Positions 50,893 to 63,224 of a DNA stretch of 64,000 nt are shown one piece after another. Position 1 is the stretch's first letter. Each line of letters begins with the position of its first letter. The stretch comes from Trichosphaerium sp. ATCC 40318 (Eukaryota > Protista > Tubulinea). Where the stretch lies: the NCBI GenBank assembly GCA_038496445.1, contig JALMLS010000361.1, positions 1 through 64,000 on the forward strand. Direction: 5' to 3'. The notes beneath the pieces were generated by a model. The model saw only the letters and a program-made list of their open reading frames with translations. It searched no databases and was not told where the DNA came from. A program made the position numbers and the translations under genes.

Positions 50893-52743
50893 ATGTCCCT
50901 AGAGTACAATGTTGGAGTGGCCGAGCAAACAACCCCACAAACTCCACTAAACTATTTTGACGGCGAAACTTTTGTATTAGAGCTTGGTTTCGCTGGTTTC
51001 AAAGAAAAAAAGGCTGTTTCGGACCTTATCACCACTCACGGTGGCAAAGTATCTTACATTCTAAACAAAAAGGTACGGATAGCATTAAAACACCAATGAT
51101 ATGATTTAACGAATGATTTTAGACATCCTATTTAATCACAACTGCTGAACAATACAAAAAACAAACATTACGCATTAGAACAGCTGTCAAGCATGGTGTA
51201 TCCACTGTGGATGCATCGTGGCTCGAAATCTGTGAAAAAGCTAACCGTTTGTTGGACACATGGCGTTTTGAATACTTAAATGGCAAAGTACGTATCACTT
51301 GAACCTCGTTTCAACCCCTTACCCCTTCCAACTCACACTTCGAAATCTAACCTACTATTTTAGCTTGCCACAGAGTATGCTCCTTCAAGCCAAGTCCTTG
51401 TTGCTCGCAACCTTTCACGTGCTTTCGCACTATGCCAACGTGTTTCACGCGTGGCCAAAATCACAATTACACTCAAACGTACAGTTCAACCTTCTCTCAA
51501 ATCTGATCAAGCCGAAGCCGCTGCAACGACTATTGATGCCTCTGACGACGACACTGTGTCTTCTGTCGGAAGTGACGGTGGCGTTGCAGGTCTTTTCGGT
51601 ACTGATTCAGAGTGCAGCGAAGTTTCCACTATTAGGTACGTTTCTTCTTCTTTTTTTTTTTGACAATTTTTCTTTGAACTTACATTAGTTTAGCTCTAAC
51701 AACAACGCACTCGATGCCATCGCGCTTTTGCAGCAAAAGCGTGAAGAAGAAGAGCGCTTGCGTGTTGAAGCCGAAAAACAAAAGTTCGCTGAAGAAAGAC
51801 GGCTATACGAAGAGAAAAAGCTTCGTATGGAGAGAGAACGTGAAGAACAACGCCGTCAATTGGCTAGAATCCAAGCCGAAGACAAAGCCCGTGCAGAGGC
51901 TGAAGCAAAACGCATTGCTGATGAAAAAGCCAGACTTCTGGCGCTTCAAAAGGAGCGTGAAGCTGCAGAGGAAGCACAGCGCAGAGAACTTGCGCTTCTC
52001 CTCGTTAAGCCTGCAAAGGCACCAAAACTTAAAGGCATATGGAGAAAGATGGCTAGAGAAGTCGATGGAACACCATGGGCTGACATAGCCGCTCTCAACT
52101 GCGGAGAGAAGAAAACAGATTATTATCACAAGATGTACATTGGCAATTTGAAGCTCGATGATATCCGTGCTAAGAAAACTGATAAGAAAAAACGTAAGTA
52201 CAACTTTTGTTTGATCTAGAACTGCGTTCCTGTTTTTTTCTATTTATTGTTTACTTATTCTCTTTATAGCTTGGACTGATGAGAAAATCGAAAGCACAAT
52301 TGAACAACGTAAAGCTATTGTGAAAGAAATCTTCGAACGTTTCGGAAAAATCGAAAAGGTAAGAAAAAATGAGATTTTTTTTGTTTGAGACTTTATTCTT
52401 ACAACTTTTTTTTAGTATCAACCAAAGTGGTCCAAAGGATATATTTTTATTACCTATGCTGACCGTTCTGATGCCAACCGCGCAATGAAGATTTTACGTA
52501 ATTACTCCAACCGTAAATCATTGGTTAGACAAATGCGTATAAAACTTCAAGATGCGAATATCCCTGTTCTAGCAGCACCAAAACCATCATTTTATGCTCG
52601 CTGGCCAAAACACCTTACAAACAACGAGTACAGCGATAAACCTTCTACCAAGACTAAAAGTGACGACACCGATGTCGATACTTCTAAGTCTGGTAATAAT
52701 GTTGTTCCTGAAGCTCAACCAGCAACTATAACTGTAAACTAGT
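50893..52743 (+). CDS. BRCT + coiled-coil + RRM protein
   Basis: BRCT (F.G.TF..LITTHGGKV..TSYLI..V.TVDASWL..C), an E/R/K coiled coil, and an RRM (MYIGNL..FERFGKI..KGYIFITY). Confidence 0.8.
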
Positions 52744-53003
52744 TGATTTTTTTTGTACAAAAAAATATAATTAAAGCAGTTTTTTTTGGATCAACCTAAA
52801 ACTCAATACAAGTGGCCTGAGTTCAGTCTCGAATTCTTCTCTTAATGCGCCTACCGGAGATAAAACAGTACTACTATTGTCAACCAAACCTCAGTACCTA
52901 AGCCTGCGGGTGTCACATTATATAAAATACCTTTTTTTTTTCGAAAAAATTTACACCATACATTGTTGTGCTGAGTCAACCAAGGTATACTCACTTGGTA
53001 AAG

Positions 53004-54443
53004 ATGGATATCGACGCTTGTTGTGACCATTCTCACGTACGTAGTTTTAACGCATTGACATAAAAAAGCTTTTGGTGTATTGTTTGCAACAAACAGCCGT
53101 ACGGAAGTCTACCATACATTTTCTTCATTTTATTGCTACAAACAAACTACGTTGCAGCAAAAGTTTTCTACGGTTCTAGTTGAAGGATCTAGTGTCTTTA
53201 CTGCTACCTCAGTAGCAACACTACCCTTTTTCTTGTTTCTTCCTGGCAACGCCGTTAAGCATGTCTGTAGTCGGGAAAGGAGACAAAAAAGGCGGATATC
53301 CTTGCATTTACAAACTCATCGAACGATATTAAGCTGCTAGACATCCCAACAGAAATAATCACTTATTGTCTATCCTTTGTTGACGTACCAGATCGATTTC
53401 ACGTTTCTCAAAGCTGTAAACAACTATTGGACGTGATACACCATCATATTGGATACGATATTATCTATGTTACATCAAGGAGACATTGTGCTCGTCTTTC
53501 AGGAAGTCCTCTCTTGAAAAACACAAAAATATCTTTCTTGCGCTTTAGTAATGCTCGAAATAAAGAACTTGCTCTACTCTCAGGAGTACAACATCTAGAC
53601 CTTGAGTATAATACGTCAATCACGGATTCAGGGCTGAAGTCTATTTGTGGTGTACGTCACTTGTCTATAAAGTCTTGTATAGGTATTACAGACTCAGGTG
53701 TAATATCACTTGTAAAAGATCTCAGGTCTATTCTGTTGTACCAGGTTCCAAGAGTTACAAATGTATGCATAAAAGCACTTGCTGGTATACCAGATATCAA
53801 TATAGATAGTTCAAATGTGACAGATGATGTATTGTCAATGTTGTCCAGTGTACATACAATATCTTTAAATTTTTGCGAGTCAATTTCAAATATTGGTGTA
53901 TCAGCTTTGGCTGGTGTACATACCATATATTTACATGGTACGCCAGTGACAGATGTTTCTTCGCTTGCTGGCGTACATACTATTTCCTTGGCAGAAACAA
54001 ATGTGACGGACTCTACTGTTTCTTCATTGGCTGGTGTACACAAGATCAATCTTTCAAGTTGTGGATGTATAACCGGTTCATGTTTGGAAAATCTGTCAGG
54101 TGTTCATACAATTTGTCTCTCATATACAAATATAACAGGTGATTGTGTCGCTCATCTCTCTAATGTACACACAATATGTCTTATGTATACGAACGCAAAA
54201 GATGATTGGCTTGTTCATCTTTCTGGTGCATACTCAATCAGTCTTAGAGGATGTACTTCAATCACTATTGAAGGTATCAAAAGTATTTCAAGTGCACATT
54301 CTATTGATCTATCATATACAAACGCAACTGATGATTGGATTGGAGCACTCTCTGAAGTGAAGGAATTAAATATGACTGGTTGTGAAGTTACTGATAGTTC
54401 CTTGAATCCATTTGCTAGTTTGACAATACCTGAAGTGAAATAG
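53004..54443 (+). CDS. F-box + leucine-rich repeat protein
   Basis: Short first exon MDIDACCDHSH, then one long exon with LLDIPTEII.YCLSF (F-box) and LAGVHTISL..TNVTD repeats. Confidence 0.85.
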
Positions 54444-54867
54444 AAGTATGCTCGATGCTAAAAACGTGAGTTTTAGACACTGCCTTTTACCATTAAATCG
54501 CATGGTATATGTCACAGTGTTGTAAGACTTTACATTTAAAATATAGATACGACACAATTATTGATGGTAGTACACGATAATCGAGCATAAAAAAAATGAA
54601 GGATCTACAACACGCTTTGTTTTAACTTCCATTTTTTTTTTTGAAAGAAAATCTCGTTGACTATCACCTGTAGGTGCTCTCCAATGAGCACTGGAGGAAT
54701 TAAAAAAGACTGCGGTGTTTTATTTCCGTACAAACAGTTTCATGTATGGAGTCAACAAAAATATCCTGCTTCTCTTGTTTCAAAATGATGTCATTTGTTT
54801 GAATATCTTCTACACTCTTCCAGCTGTATTTCTAACGTATGTAGAGCATCCCGGATCTAAGTTATTA

Positions 54868-55845
54868 TTAACTACAGTTGATAACAGTATTCCTGTACCC
54901 CCAATCATCTGTAAACAAAGATTCATCTACAGTGGTTTTACCAGTAAGTGATTTTTCAAGAGCAACCAACTTTCTCATGAATGCGTTACTAAATAAGCTA
55001 TTAATTAACCTGGTCACGTGCTTATCAATAAAGAAAATTTGGGTGTTTACTTTGGATTAACCATTGGCCTCTTACTCCTCACATCTATTGCAGCATCCTC
55101 CAATTAAGTATAAAAACGTGCAATGTGATACAAGTGTAAAAACGTACTCTGAAAGTCATCTTTTCTTGTGTCACTAAGTACGCCAACACAATAGTCGTCG
55201 AACGGCTCACACCTTGTCCACAGTGTACTAGTATATTAGAACCCTGTTTTAAATATTAAAATACGTTTAAAGAAGAACCTTAGGCAGTATACTCACTTCG
55301 TCAAGACTTTTCTTAATTATAGCAGTTGTTTCCGAGAAGTAATCTTCAATTTTCTCCTTTGGGTGATCTTGTATGTTTATGTGCCTTACAGTGACCTTAA
55401 TATCAGATAATCTATCTTCATAACTCTCTTGACTTATATTTATTATGCTCGTAATGTTCAAGGATGTCAAGATATCTGGTGAAGAGCCATGTATGCTTAA
55501 ATTAAAATCAGTAAAAACAAATCAAGATGACCTTTATTGGGAGTCCCGTGATTGTTCGAACAAGTTCGAAAAGATTCGAATGTGAGGCAACGAATGCAAA
55601 GCGAGTAGAGGGCTCTGTTCGCTTTCGGTCGGGCCGTCGCTTTGCTCAAGACAAGAACCCGGACCTTCGCTCACAAAAAGTAAGCCACTGGTGGGTGTGG
55701 CGTTAAAATAATTCGAACTAAATTCGAACATACACAGTCTAGGAACCCTTTATTGCTGTATTTTGTGTAAATTAGAGTAAAACTTGTATTACCTGTCTCC
55801 TAGGAACAGTCCTTCGCGTATTTTAGTCGGATAACGTTCGCTCAT
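54868..55845 (-). CDS. Atypical dual-specificity phosphatase
   Basis: PTKIREGLFLG, IQDHP, LVHCGQGVSRS and RPMVNPN. Confidence 0.9.
55540..55746. mobile_element. 207-bp MITE-like or structured insertion in DSP intron 1
   Basis: Flanked by CCTTTATTG at 55531-55539 and 55747-55755. It has imperfect inverted ends, five TTCGAA palindromes and nested internal stems. Confidence 0.55.
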
Positions 55846-55916
55846 GAAGAAAACTTGAAAAAAAAACAATCAGACTTAACTACAATTAAGTAACTTACAA
55901 AACCGTAGTGAGTACT

Positions 55917-58900
55917 TACACTTTCAAAATAACCTCCTGTAAACAGTTAAAAGACTCTAGCCTAAACATCTACCTGGTTGGAAGATGTGTTACCAAACGG
56001 GGATATAGTAGAATGCTTTTGATTGGTTTTGAATTGTTCTCTTTCTTTTTTCATTTATGGTACATTTTACAGTTGTAGCATGTGGCTTGCTTGAATCTTA
56101 TCTGAATCTCTCAAATAAGCACAAGTACTACACACACTCACGTGTTTTACAAAAAGCTTTAAAACATTCGCTAAAAAAAAAAAAGTGAGTTAGCGATGGT
56201 TAATCTATACTTCTTTGTAACGTACCTAAAGACTCACAGTATCTGTTTGATTTCATTTCACACAGGTCAATAATCGATATCATTGGCCTTTCCCTTTTGA
56301 TAAAGGAGTAAGAAACTGTCAAAATTGGTCCGAAAGAAAGAGAAAAATGTGGAAAATAAAATTCTTCCAAAGGATTATTTACTCAACCGAAGGTTAGTGA
56401 TAAAAAAGACTTACCTGTGCAATAAGTAGTGGTAATGAGGTTCTATAGTACCGAGCAAAAAAAAACGACTTGGGCAATCAGGTAATATAATATCATAAAT
56501 GTAATGACAAAGCTTATTTCTCAGTTTTGTTAACTCGGAAAACTATAAAATCCTATGTTAATACAACCGTTGCTATGTGATTCTCTACAGTACCTTTGAC
56601 TTTCCTATTGTACGCATGGCAGGTTGTTGAATCTTTGTGAATTGTATAAGAGGAGCATGTCTATTTTTTGACAGGTATTGCTAAGCGAGAAGTTAGCTTG
56701 TTAATAAAAGTATTTCTACTCTGTAAGATTGTTTTGGACTGCAGTTTTAACTTGTTCCTTGCATACCTCACACCCGTCACATGTATCATGTTGCCCAAAA
56801 TCACCACGCTGTGTCATGAGACTAGGGATAAAAACTTGATTTTGTTAAGGATATCACGTGGCCAGGAAAAACAAAACAAAAACTAAAAAAAATGATACAT
56901 TCTTTAGTGAGGCACTTTGAGCAATAAGTTTGTGTGCAATAATTACAATACTTGCGATGCTGTCCCAAATTTATTCCTAACAACCGTAAGTATAAGTTAA
57001 AACCAATGGCATAGAAAGCGTATACCTTGAAACTTATAATCACACTGCCTGCATTCATCTCTAAAAATACCATGAGCAAAAAAGTTATTTAGATATCCCA
57101 ATACCTTTTTTTAAATGTTGGCAGCTTCAAGTTCAAATGACCTTGTTATTAATCTGTCAGTACGAACGGTTTTCTGGTATATTCTACGCACGTCCTTCAG
57201 TGTATAGCATAGAAGGTTCCATCAATATATCAGGAATACTACCCCAACTATTGAAAATTATTTATATGCTACGAAGTATTCTAGTTTTTCTCACCTTGTA
57301 TGTGGTGAACTAACCGTTGAGTGTGTCATACTACCTGACAACATATTATAGTTGTTTATCTCATTATGAAGAGATAATAATCCTTGTCCAGGAGGCTAAA
57401 CAGAGAAGTTAATTAAAAAAGTAGTGTAATTTCATTCTACGTACTACTTGCTCTGTTTCGTTCTGTGTGAGGCGGATGAGAACACCTTAAATATGGATTA
57501 AACCAATCCTGACTTTTAAAAAAATACGGCAAACTACATACTTGAATCACAACTACTTGATACATCACCAACTCTATCTTTGAATGCTATTGGTATTTCT
57601 TCATTCTGATCACAAAGCCAGTTATCCAAATGAGGACAAGTAACCAAGAACTGAGAGAACCTACAATGTCAAGGTGAACAACAACTTGTTTGAAATGTTT
57701 AGGTGGACGTACGGATCTATAACTAACTCCTGTTCTCCATATAACTCATGTATAAAATGTTGTGACGATATTTGAGTGGATTCTGTCAACTTTGACCCAC
57801 GCCCAGTTCGATTGCTGACTCTACTACCTAATTCAGTGGTTAGAAACCAAAAACAGATCAACATCGTTCAAGCACCCTACCCAGAGTTAATCAAAACCAT
57901 AATGGTGTGGAGGCGTACTTTGTGTTGATAACCTCTATGTCCTCTTGTAAGTATATCAGTTTGTTCACGAAAGTCTGCTTCATACTCTGGGGATGACGCT
58001 GTGGCTATTGGCAATCGTACAGCATACGTTAACTCAAGGTCAAGGTCAACCTAGGGTAAAGTTAGAGAATGCCTTATTCATGTTCATTGCTTACCCGTTT
58101 AACGGAAGCACCATCTGCTGATAAACGTCCAGTTTCAGCCTCAGCAATTTGTAAATTAGCTCGCTTGACAATACCACCACGTATTGAAGTTAATGGTACT
58201 ACTGCTTGCTGCTGTTCAACCTTAGTCATTAAACGTTTGGCCTAAAACGAAATCATTACAAAGTACAAAGGAAACAGATCACTGATGTTGCTTACCTTCT
58301 TTGTCATTTGTAAGAATAGGTACAAAAACTTTTGCTTTAAAAATCCAGCCCAAGCGTTCTCTTCTTGGCTTGTAGATTCAAAACTAGGTCTTAACAGCAC
58401 TAGAAAATGAATAAGAACAAAACAAATAAAAAACGTCTTACAACAAGAGAAGATTTCTGAAAGAGATTGAAGACCACTCCTGTCAGCATCTGATCGTATA
58501 GAGAACTCGCACAGAAATCCAGCTAAATAGCTTAAAGTCAAAATACGAGCTAACAAAACAAGGTACTTTACCAATGTACTTTAGAGTGCTCTTCTGACGA
58601 CGTGTCAAGTCTCTAGATAACCAATTGTCCATTGGATCTATAAAATGCCATACACCACATGCGTACTTATCAACAGCTTCGGCACAAACCTCCAAACGTA
58701 ATGCAGTACCACCAGTAGGTCGTTTTCTTGTTTTACGCCATAACCTCTCCCACACTTGATTCGGCAAAACATACCGTGGTAATAATCGCGTGAATCGCGT
58801 GTCTTGCCTCAACTCTTTTGCGCCTATGAACATATAAGAGCAACAGAAAAACCAATGCAACACAAAAGTGATCAACAAAAAAGAGAAGAAAAAAAGTAGA

Positions 58901-59562
58901 AGAAAAACGTGTCAAGTTCTTGTTGAGTGATGTACATTGGTTGAGATGATTCTCAGCGATCTCCAAGCAACGTCTATAGTATTCAAAAGGTATAACAGGT
59001 TGAGGTAATCCGACAAGGAAGTCTTTAAGCAGGTGCGCTACAAGGATTGTGTCTTTAGGCTCTGGTTTAAATGTTCCTTGTTCTAAAGCTTCACGGGCAT
59101 TTTTCAGCCTTGTAAAGTGTCAATAAAATTTGAAAAAAACGCCTTGGGTACGTACGCTTCTGTGTCTACTGGGCGAGAAAATAAATTGTCGACGCACAAT
59201 CCATGTGATAATAAAAAGGTGCAAAGCCATCTAAGAACACTTGGTACGTTATCGTTGCCACCATAAGGTGGCCTAGGCGGCGCAAAGTGCTATAACATTG
59301 TTTTAAGTACACTTTACGTTTTTAGCGTGAAAAACTACGTACTGTGGACTTTGGATCGTTTTTATCACAACCACACCGTTCTGCTTGCGTTGGCAATAAA
59401 TAAATAAGAGAACCAAAAACCTAGGCCAAGTAATGTTAAAAATCGGTTGAAGTTACAATTTGTATACAGTACCTCTTGTTTCTTAAGATTACACGTCCCT
59501 GCCGCGTATATATCCGCCGTAACTTTATTAACTACTTCATTTGAATCCCGTCTGCGTGCCAT
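55917..59562 (-). CDS. RhoGAP-like + Rubicon-homology (DEF8/PLEKHM-type zinc) domain protein; 3' end approximate
   Basis: N-terminal VPSVLRWLC..GL.VDNLFSR..VAHLLKDFL..LPQPVIP. C-terminal CRQC..RKYCNYCTQTYCSKC..GDF..C..CEQYL..PLI..SIIDL..KH. Confidence 0.7.
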
Positions 59563-60087
59563 GACAGTATTTAGGCTTTAACACGCGGTACAACCGTTTT
59601 TGTTTCGTATTACAACGTCAAAATGCGCAACCCAATCCGTTATCCCAAATAAACGTCTACACTACAGGAAAACGGGGAACGAATGTAATACCAAAAAGCC
59701 TGATTTGACACTTTTCGGTAAAAACTAGCGAGAACAGCCACAATAACGCCGAAGCAATGAACAGAAAGAGCCTCTTTGGGACGTTTGACTGAAAAGGGTC
59801 TGTTTTGTTTTACAAAAGTTCTAAAAAGACTTGCAACGATTTTATTTTTTTGGCGTTTTTCCATACCAAAAAACAGATTAAGTTGTTTTCTTGTACCGTA
59901 GCAACATATATTGTTTTGGCTTACATAAAAAACCGTCTCAACTCCTTGTATAAACCATCAAGTGGCTGACACAAATTGGCGGTCTCGTAACTGTTTGATT
60001 GGAAACACAGTTGGAGGGATATTCGACAGTAAAAGCATTACCAAACTGATTTTGGCGAGTAACTATTGAAGTTTGCAAAGGAATCAA

Positions 60088-63000
60088 ATGACTCAACCAG
60101 CAGTGCCAAACAATACAGCACGCACCAACGCTCGTGGTAAGAAGAAACAACGCACGTACAATAGGGAGTTTCAGAAAGGCGAAGTTATAAGGTTCTTGGT
60201 AAAGAAGGAAGCGCTACCAACAACCTCAGTACCTCTAAAAATTCCAGGTACATAATCGGAGCTTTGAGGCTTATTTACTGTATTTGACGTAATGTAGGTG
60301 ACCTTTTCACCCCAGGCAGATTAGAAGGTACTTTATTTAACGAAATTGTAAAATTTCGCCCCTGCTGACGGCAGTTATTTTTAATTTCCGTTTTTCGTTT
60401 ACTGCACGTTACGTAATTATTACCTAACTGCGCACCTCCTACAAATCTTTATACTCAAACCGTACCCAGTATCAAGTACTCAAATTATTTACTTTAGGGT
60501 ATCTATGTTACCTCTACCATGCTCGCGATGACAGAGAATATGAAGAAGGCTTTGGGCCAAGCGTAATAGTTAAAGGTATAAATGTGCAAAACGCTTTTTT
60601 TGTGTTTGTAGGGAGTTTCCTTTTTTTATCAATTCGCTCCCAACTCAAAAAAAAAAAAAAAAACCTTACAATTCAGCCTGAATTAGCAATAATTCGTTGA
60701 TTAAATACAGCCAACTTCTTTTTTTTTTGTTTGAAAATCTTAACCAGACGGAATTTGTAAACTTAGTTTGGTTTTATTTTGTTACTGAATACCCCAAGGT
60801 ATTGTATTATTTTTTGTATTGGCTAATCCGGTTTATTTTACTTTACAAGTATACATTTTACTATTTTGTAGAGAAGCGTCTAAAAACCGGTTTTTTGTTA
60901 ACTTATTCGGTAGTTGGTGGAGAAGAGACAATATGGAAACGTAGTAGAAATAAATGGAATCCTTTTGAAAAGATTAGAACGCTTTCAGACGTTCAGAATG
61001 CAGGATTTACTATCATATGGGTACTTCCGCATTCGTTTTCGTTTTTCTCAAATTATTACCTTACTTTTTCCTATATTACAAATTAAACCTTCTTTTACGC
61101 TATTCAGTATACTTACAAGTTGTTTTTAAGGACCGTTACAAAATCAACTCGTATTATCTTACTGAACGCATGTATTATTATCTAGACAGAGAAAAACATA
61201 AAGAAAAATATGATGCTATTCGCGCAAAGCTATATATTACTCGTTTACACCAAGTTGGTAAAAAAGTATTTCTCCTGCAGTTTATCATGGAGAAGCTTAC
61301 AGACGAGGAGATTCAAAGACAAAAGGATATTTATGCTAAAAAGGCAAGAGAACGAATTGTACTCCTAGTTTCGTTGGTTTTTTTTTTGCAGGCTAATTCG
61401 AGCAATTCTAACTTTTTTTTTAGGTTAAAAAGCGTGAGAAAGGTAAACAACAAGCGGCTAACAAGCACCGGAATCGGGAAAACGCTCAAGGACAGCAAAA
61501 TGTACTTCGCTACAAAGCTTTGAAGGGTTTTTTTATTTTTGTACTAACGCTACGGTAGAATTTCCGACCTGCAAATGGATACTCACCAAACGTGCCTTTA
61601 CAGTTCGGTCAGTTCCAAGCATTCCCAGGTGGGGCAAAGTAAGTAACTTTCTTTTTTTCTAACCCTGTTCAGCAAACAATTAAAATAAAAATTTGTGGGT
61701 TTTTTTTTTTGTACTCGCCTGTCTAAGTATACTGACTTTGTACCTCCTTTTTTAGTCAAGGATTTCACCAGATAGCGCCTATGCATAATATGGCTAGACC
61801 GCAAATGACTCCGCAGATGACTCCACACATGAACCCTCAACTTGGTCAAATGGCACCACAAATGGGCATGCATCAACACGGTCATGTTAATTACGGGCAT
61901 AATGGGTTCCAAATGCAACCAATCCAAGCAAATATCGTGCCTCGAGGCCCTATGGTTCAACTAAACGGCCAAGTACCTAATGCTCATGTTGGCGGACTTG
62001 GTGGCATGCCACAGCAACGTAGTGCGTTCGTAAATCAGCAACCATTCGGCAATCGCTTTGGGGCGAATGCTTCACACAACGGCTTAAGGCCTTTGGCGGA
62101 TCCAATGCAAGGGCACGCTTTGGCTCCTGTAAAGAATAACTGGCATAGCCAAGGCATGGTACGTAGAAATATCTTAAACAAGTCGAATTTGTGATTGTGT
62201 ATTTTCTGATAATCTAACGCTCTTTTTTTTTTACAGAGTAATGATACTTCTCGTTTATCTCATTACACTCACGATGCTCAAATGGAAACAAGGAAAAAGA
62301 AGAATAAAAAGCGACGATCTTTGGATAGTGCGCGCTTACCTTCATTCCAATCACTCACTGCTGGTACAAAAGAAAACCTCTCAAAAAACATGAGAAAATG
62401 AACTCTTAAACAATTCTTGTTGGCTTTGTTATTGATTTGTTGTTTAGAATTCCGTCGTGTTGGCATAGATGATTATGATTATGATGACGCTGAAAAGAAA
62501 CGTGCTAGAAAGGTTAAGAGGTTATCTCTTGATAGTGAGAGCCAGAAACAATTGAATGCTATTAACGGATTTAAGTACGTTATTTGAAAAAAAAATAGAA
62601 ATATTGTGGTTGCTTTGTTTTAACGCTCTAATTTAGCCGTGGTCGTTCTGCGCGCTCAGTTTCTGATCCGCCACCACTTATTGTTAACCCTCTCGTTAAT
62701 GGCACTTCATTTTCGGCTCAATCATCACCAGTACCTTCCCCATTACCTTCTCCGCGATCCTTTGATGCTCCTACGTCTCCTTGGGCAGTATCACCTGGAG
62801 AAGAGCCTAGTTACAACTGGAGTTCTGCGCCTAGCTCACCAGCTGGTGCTCATGGACACAATTACAGATCACACACAAGAAGGGGAAGCAGAGATCGCGT
62901 TTCTCGTTCTAGATCGCCTTCACGAAGCAGTACGTTAGCCTGCGCTTAAATTTGGGAATTATTTTTCCGGCTTTTTTTTTGACTTTCTTGCACGTGTTTG

Positions 63001-63224
63001 TTGTCACATTGGCTTGTCTCATTTTTTTTAAAGGACGCAGAGAACAGCGTATGCCTAGATCCAGGTCCCTCACGCGGATACACGAGCAAAGAGGCGTTGG
63101 CTTCACTCCTGGTTTCACAGCAATCGCAGAAGAACCTTCAACCTTAGAATCAACAAGCGGGGCAAATTATGAGCGTTCTGTTAAAGAACATTATATCCCC
63201 GCGCCTATGCAAATAGACCCGTGA
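60088..63224 (+). CDS. Hypothetical protein with Q/N/M/P/G low-complexity region and RS-like tail
   Basis: Multi-exon; contains PQMTPQMTPHMNPQ, RSRSPSR and RSRSLT. Confidence 0.65.

Noticed and set aside
53657-54049. 130-aa minus-strand ORF and similar short ORFs in the track
   Set aside because: Antisense shadows of real exons, here the LRR repeats.
55540-55746. RNase P/MRP or SRP RNA identity for the intronic element
   Set aside because: Only partial resemblance (GAAGGTCC, GAAA loop). The full P4 pairing and SRP helix-8 consensus are not satisfied.
55845-55945. Fusion of the RhoGAP-RH gene to the downstream DSP
   Set aside because: The available donor and acceptor phases do not give a clean in-frame join; treated as two genes pending cDNA.
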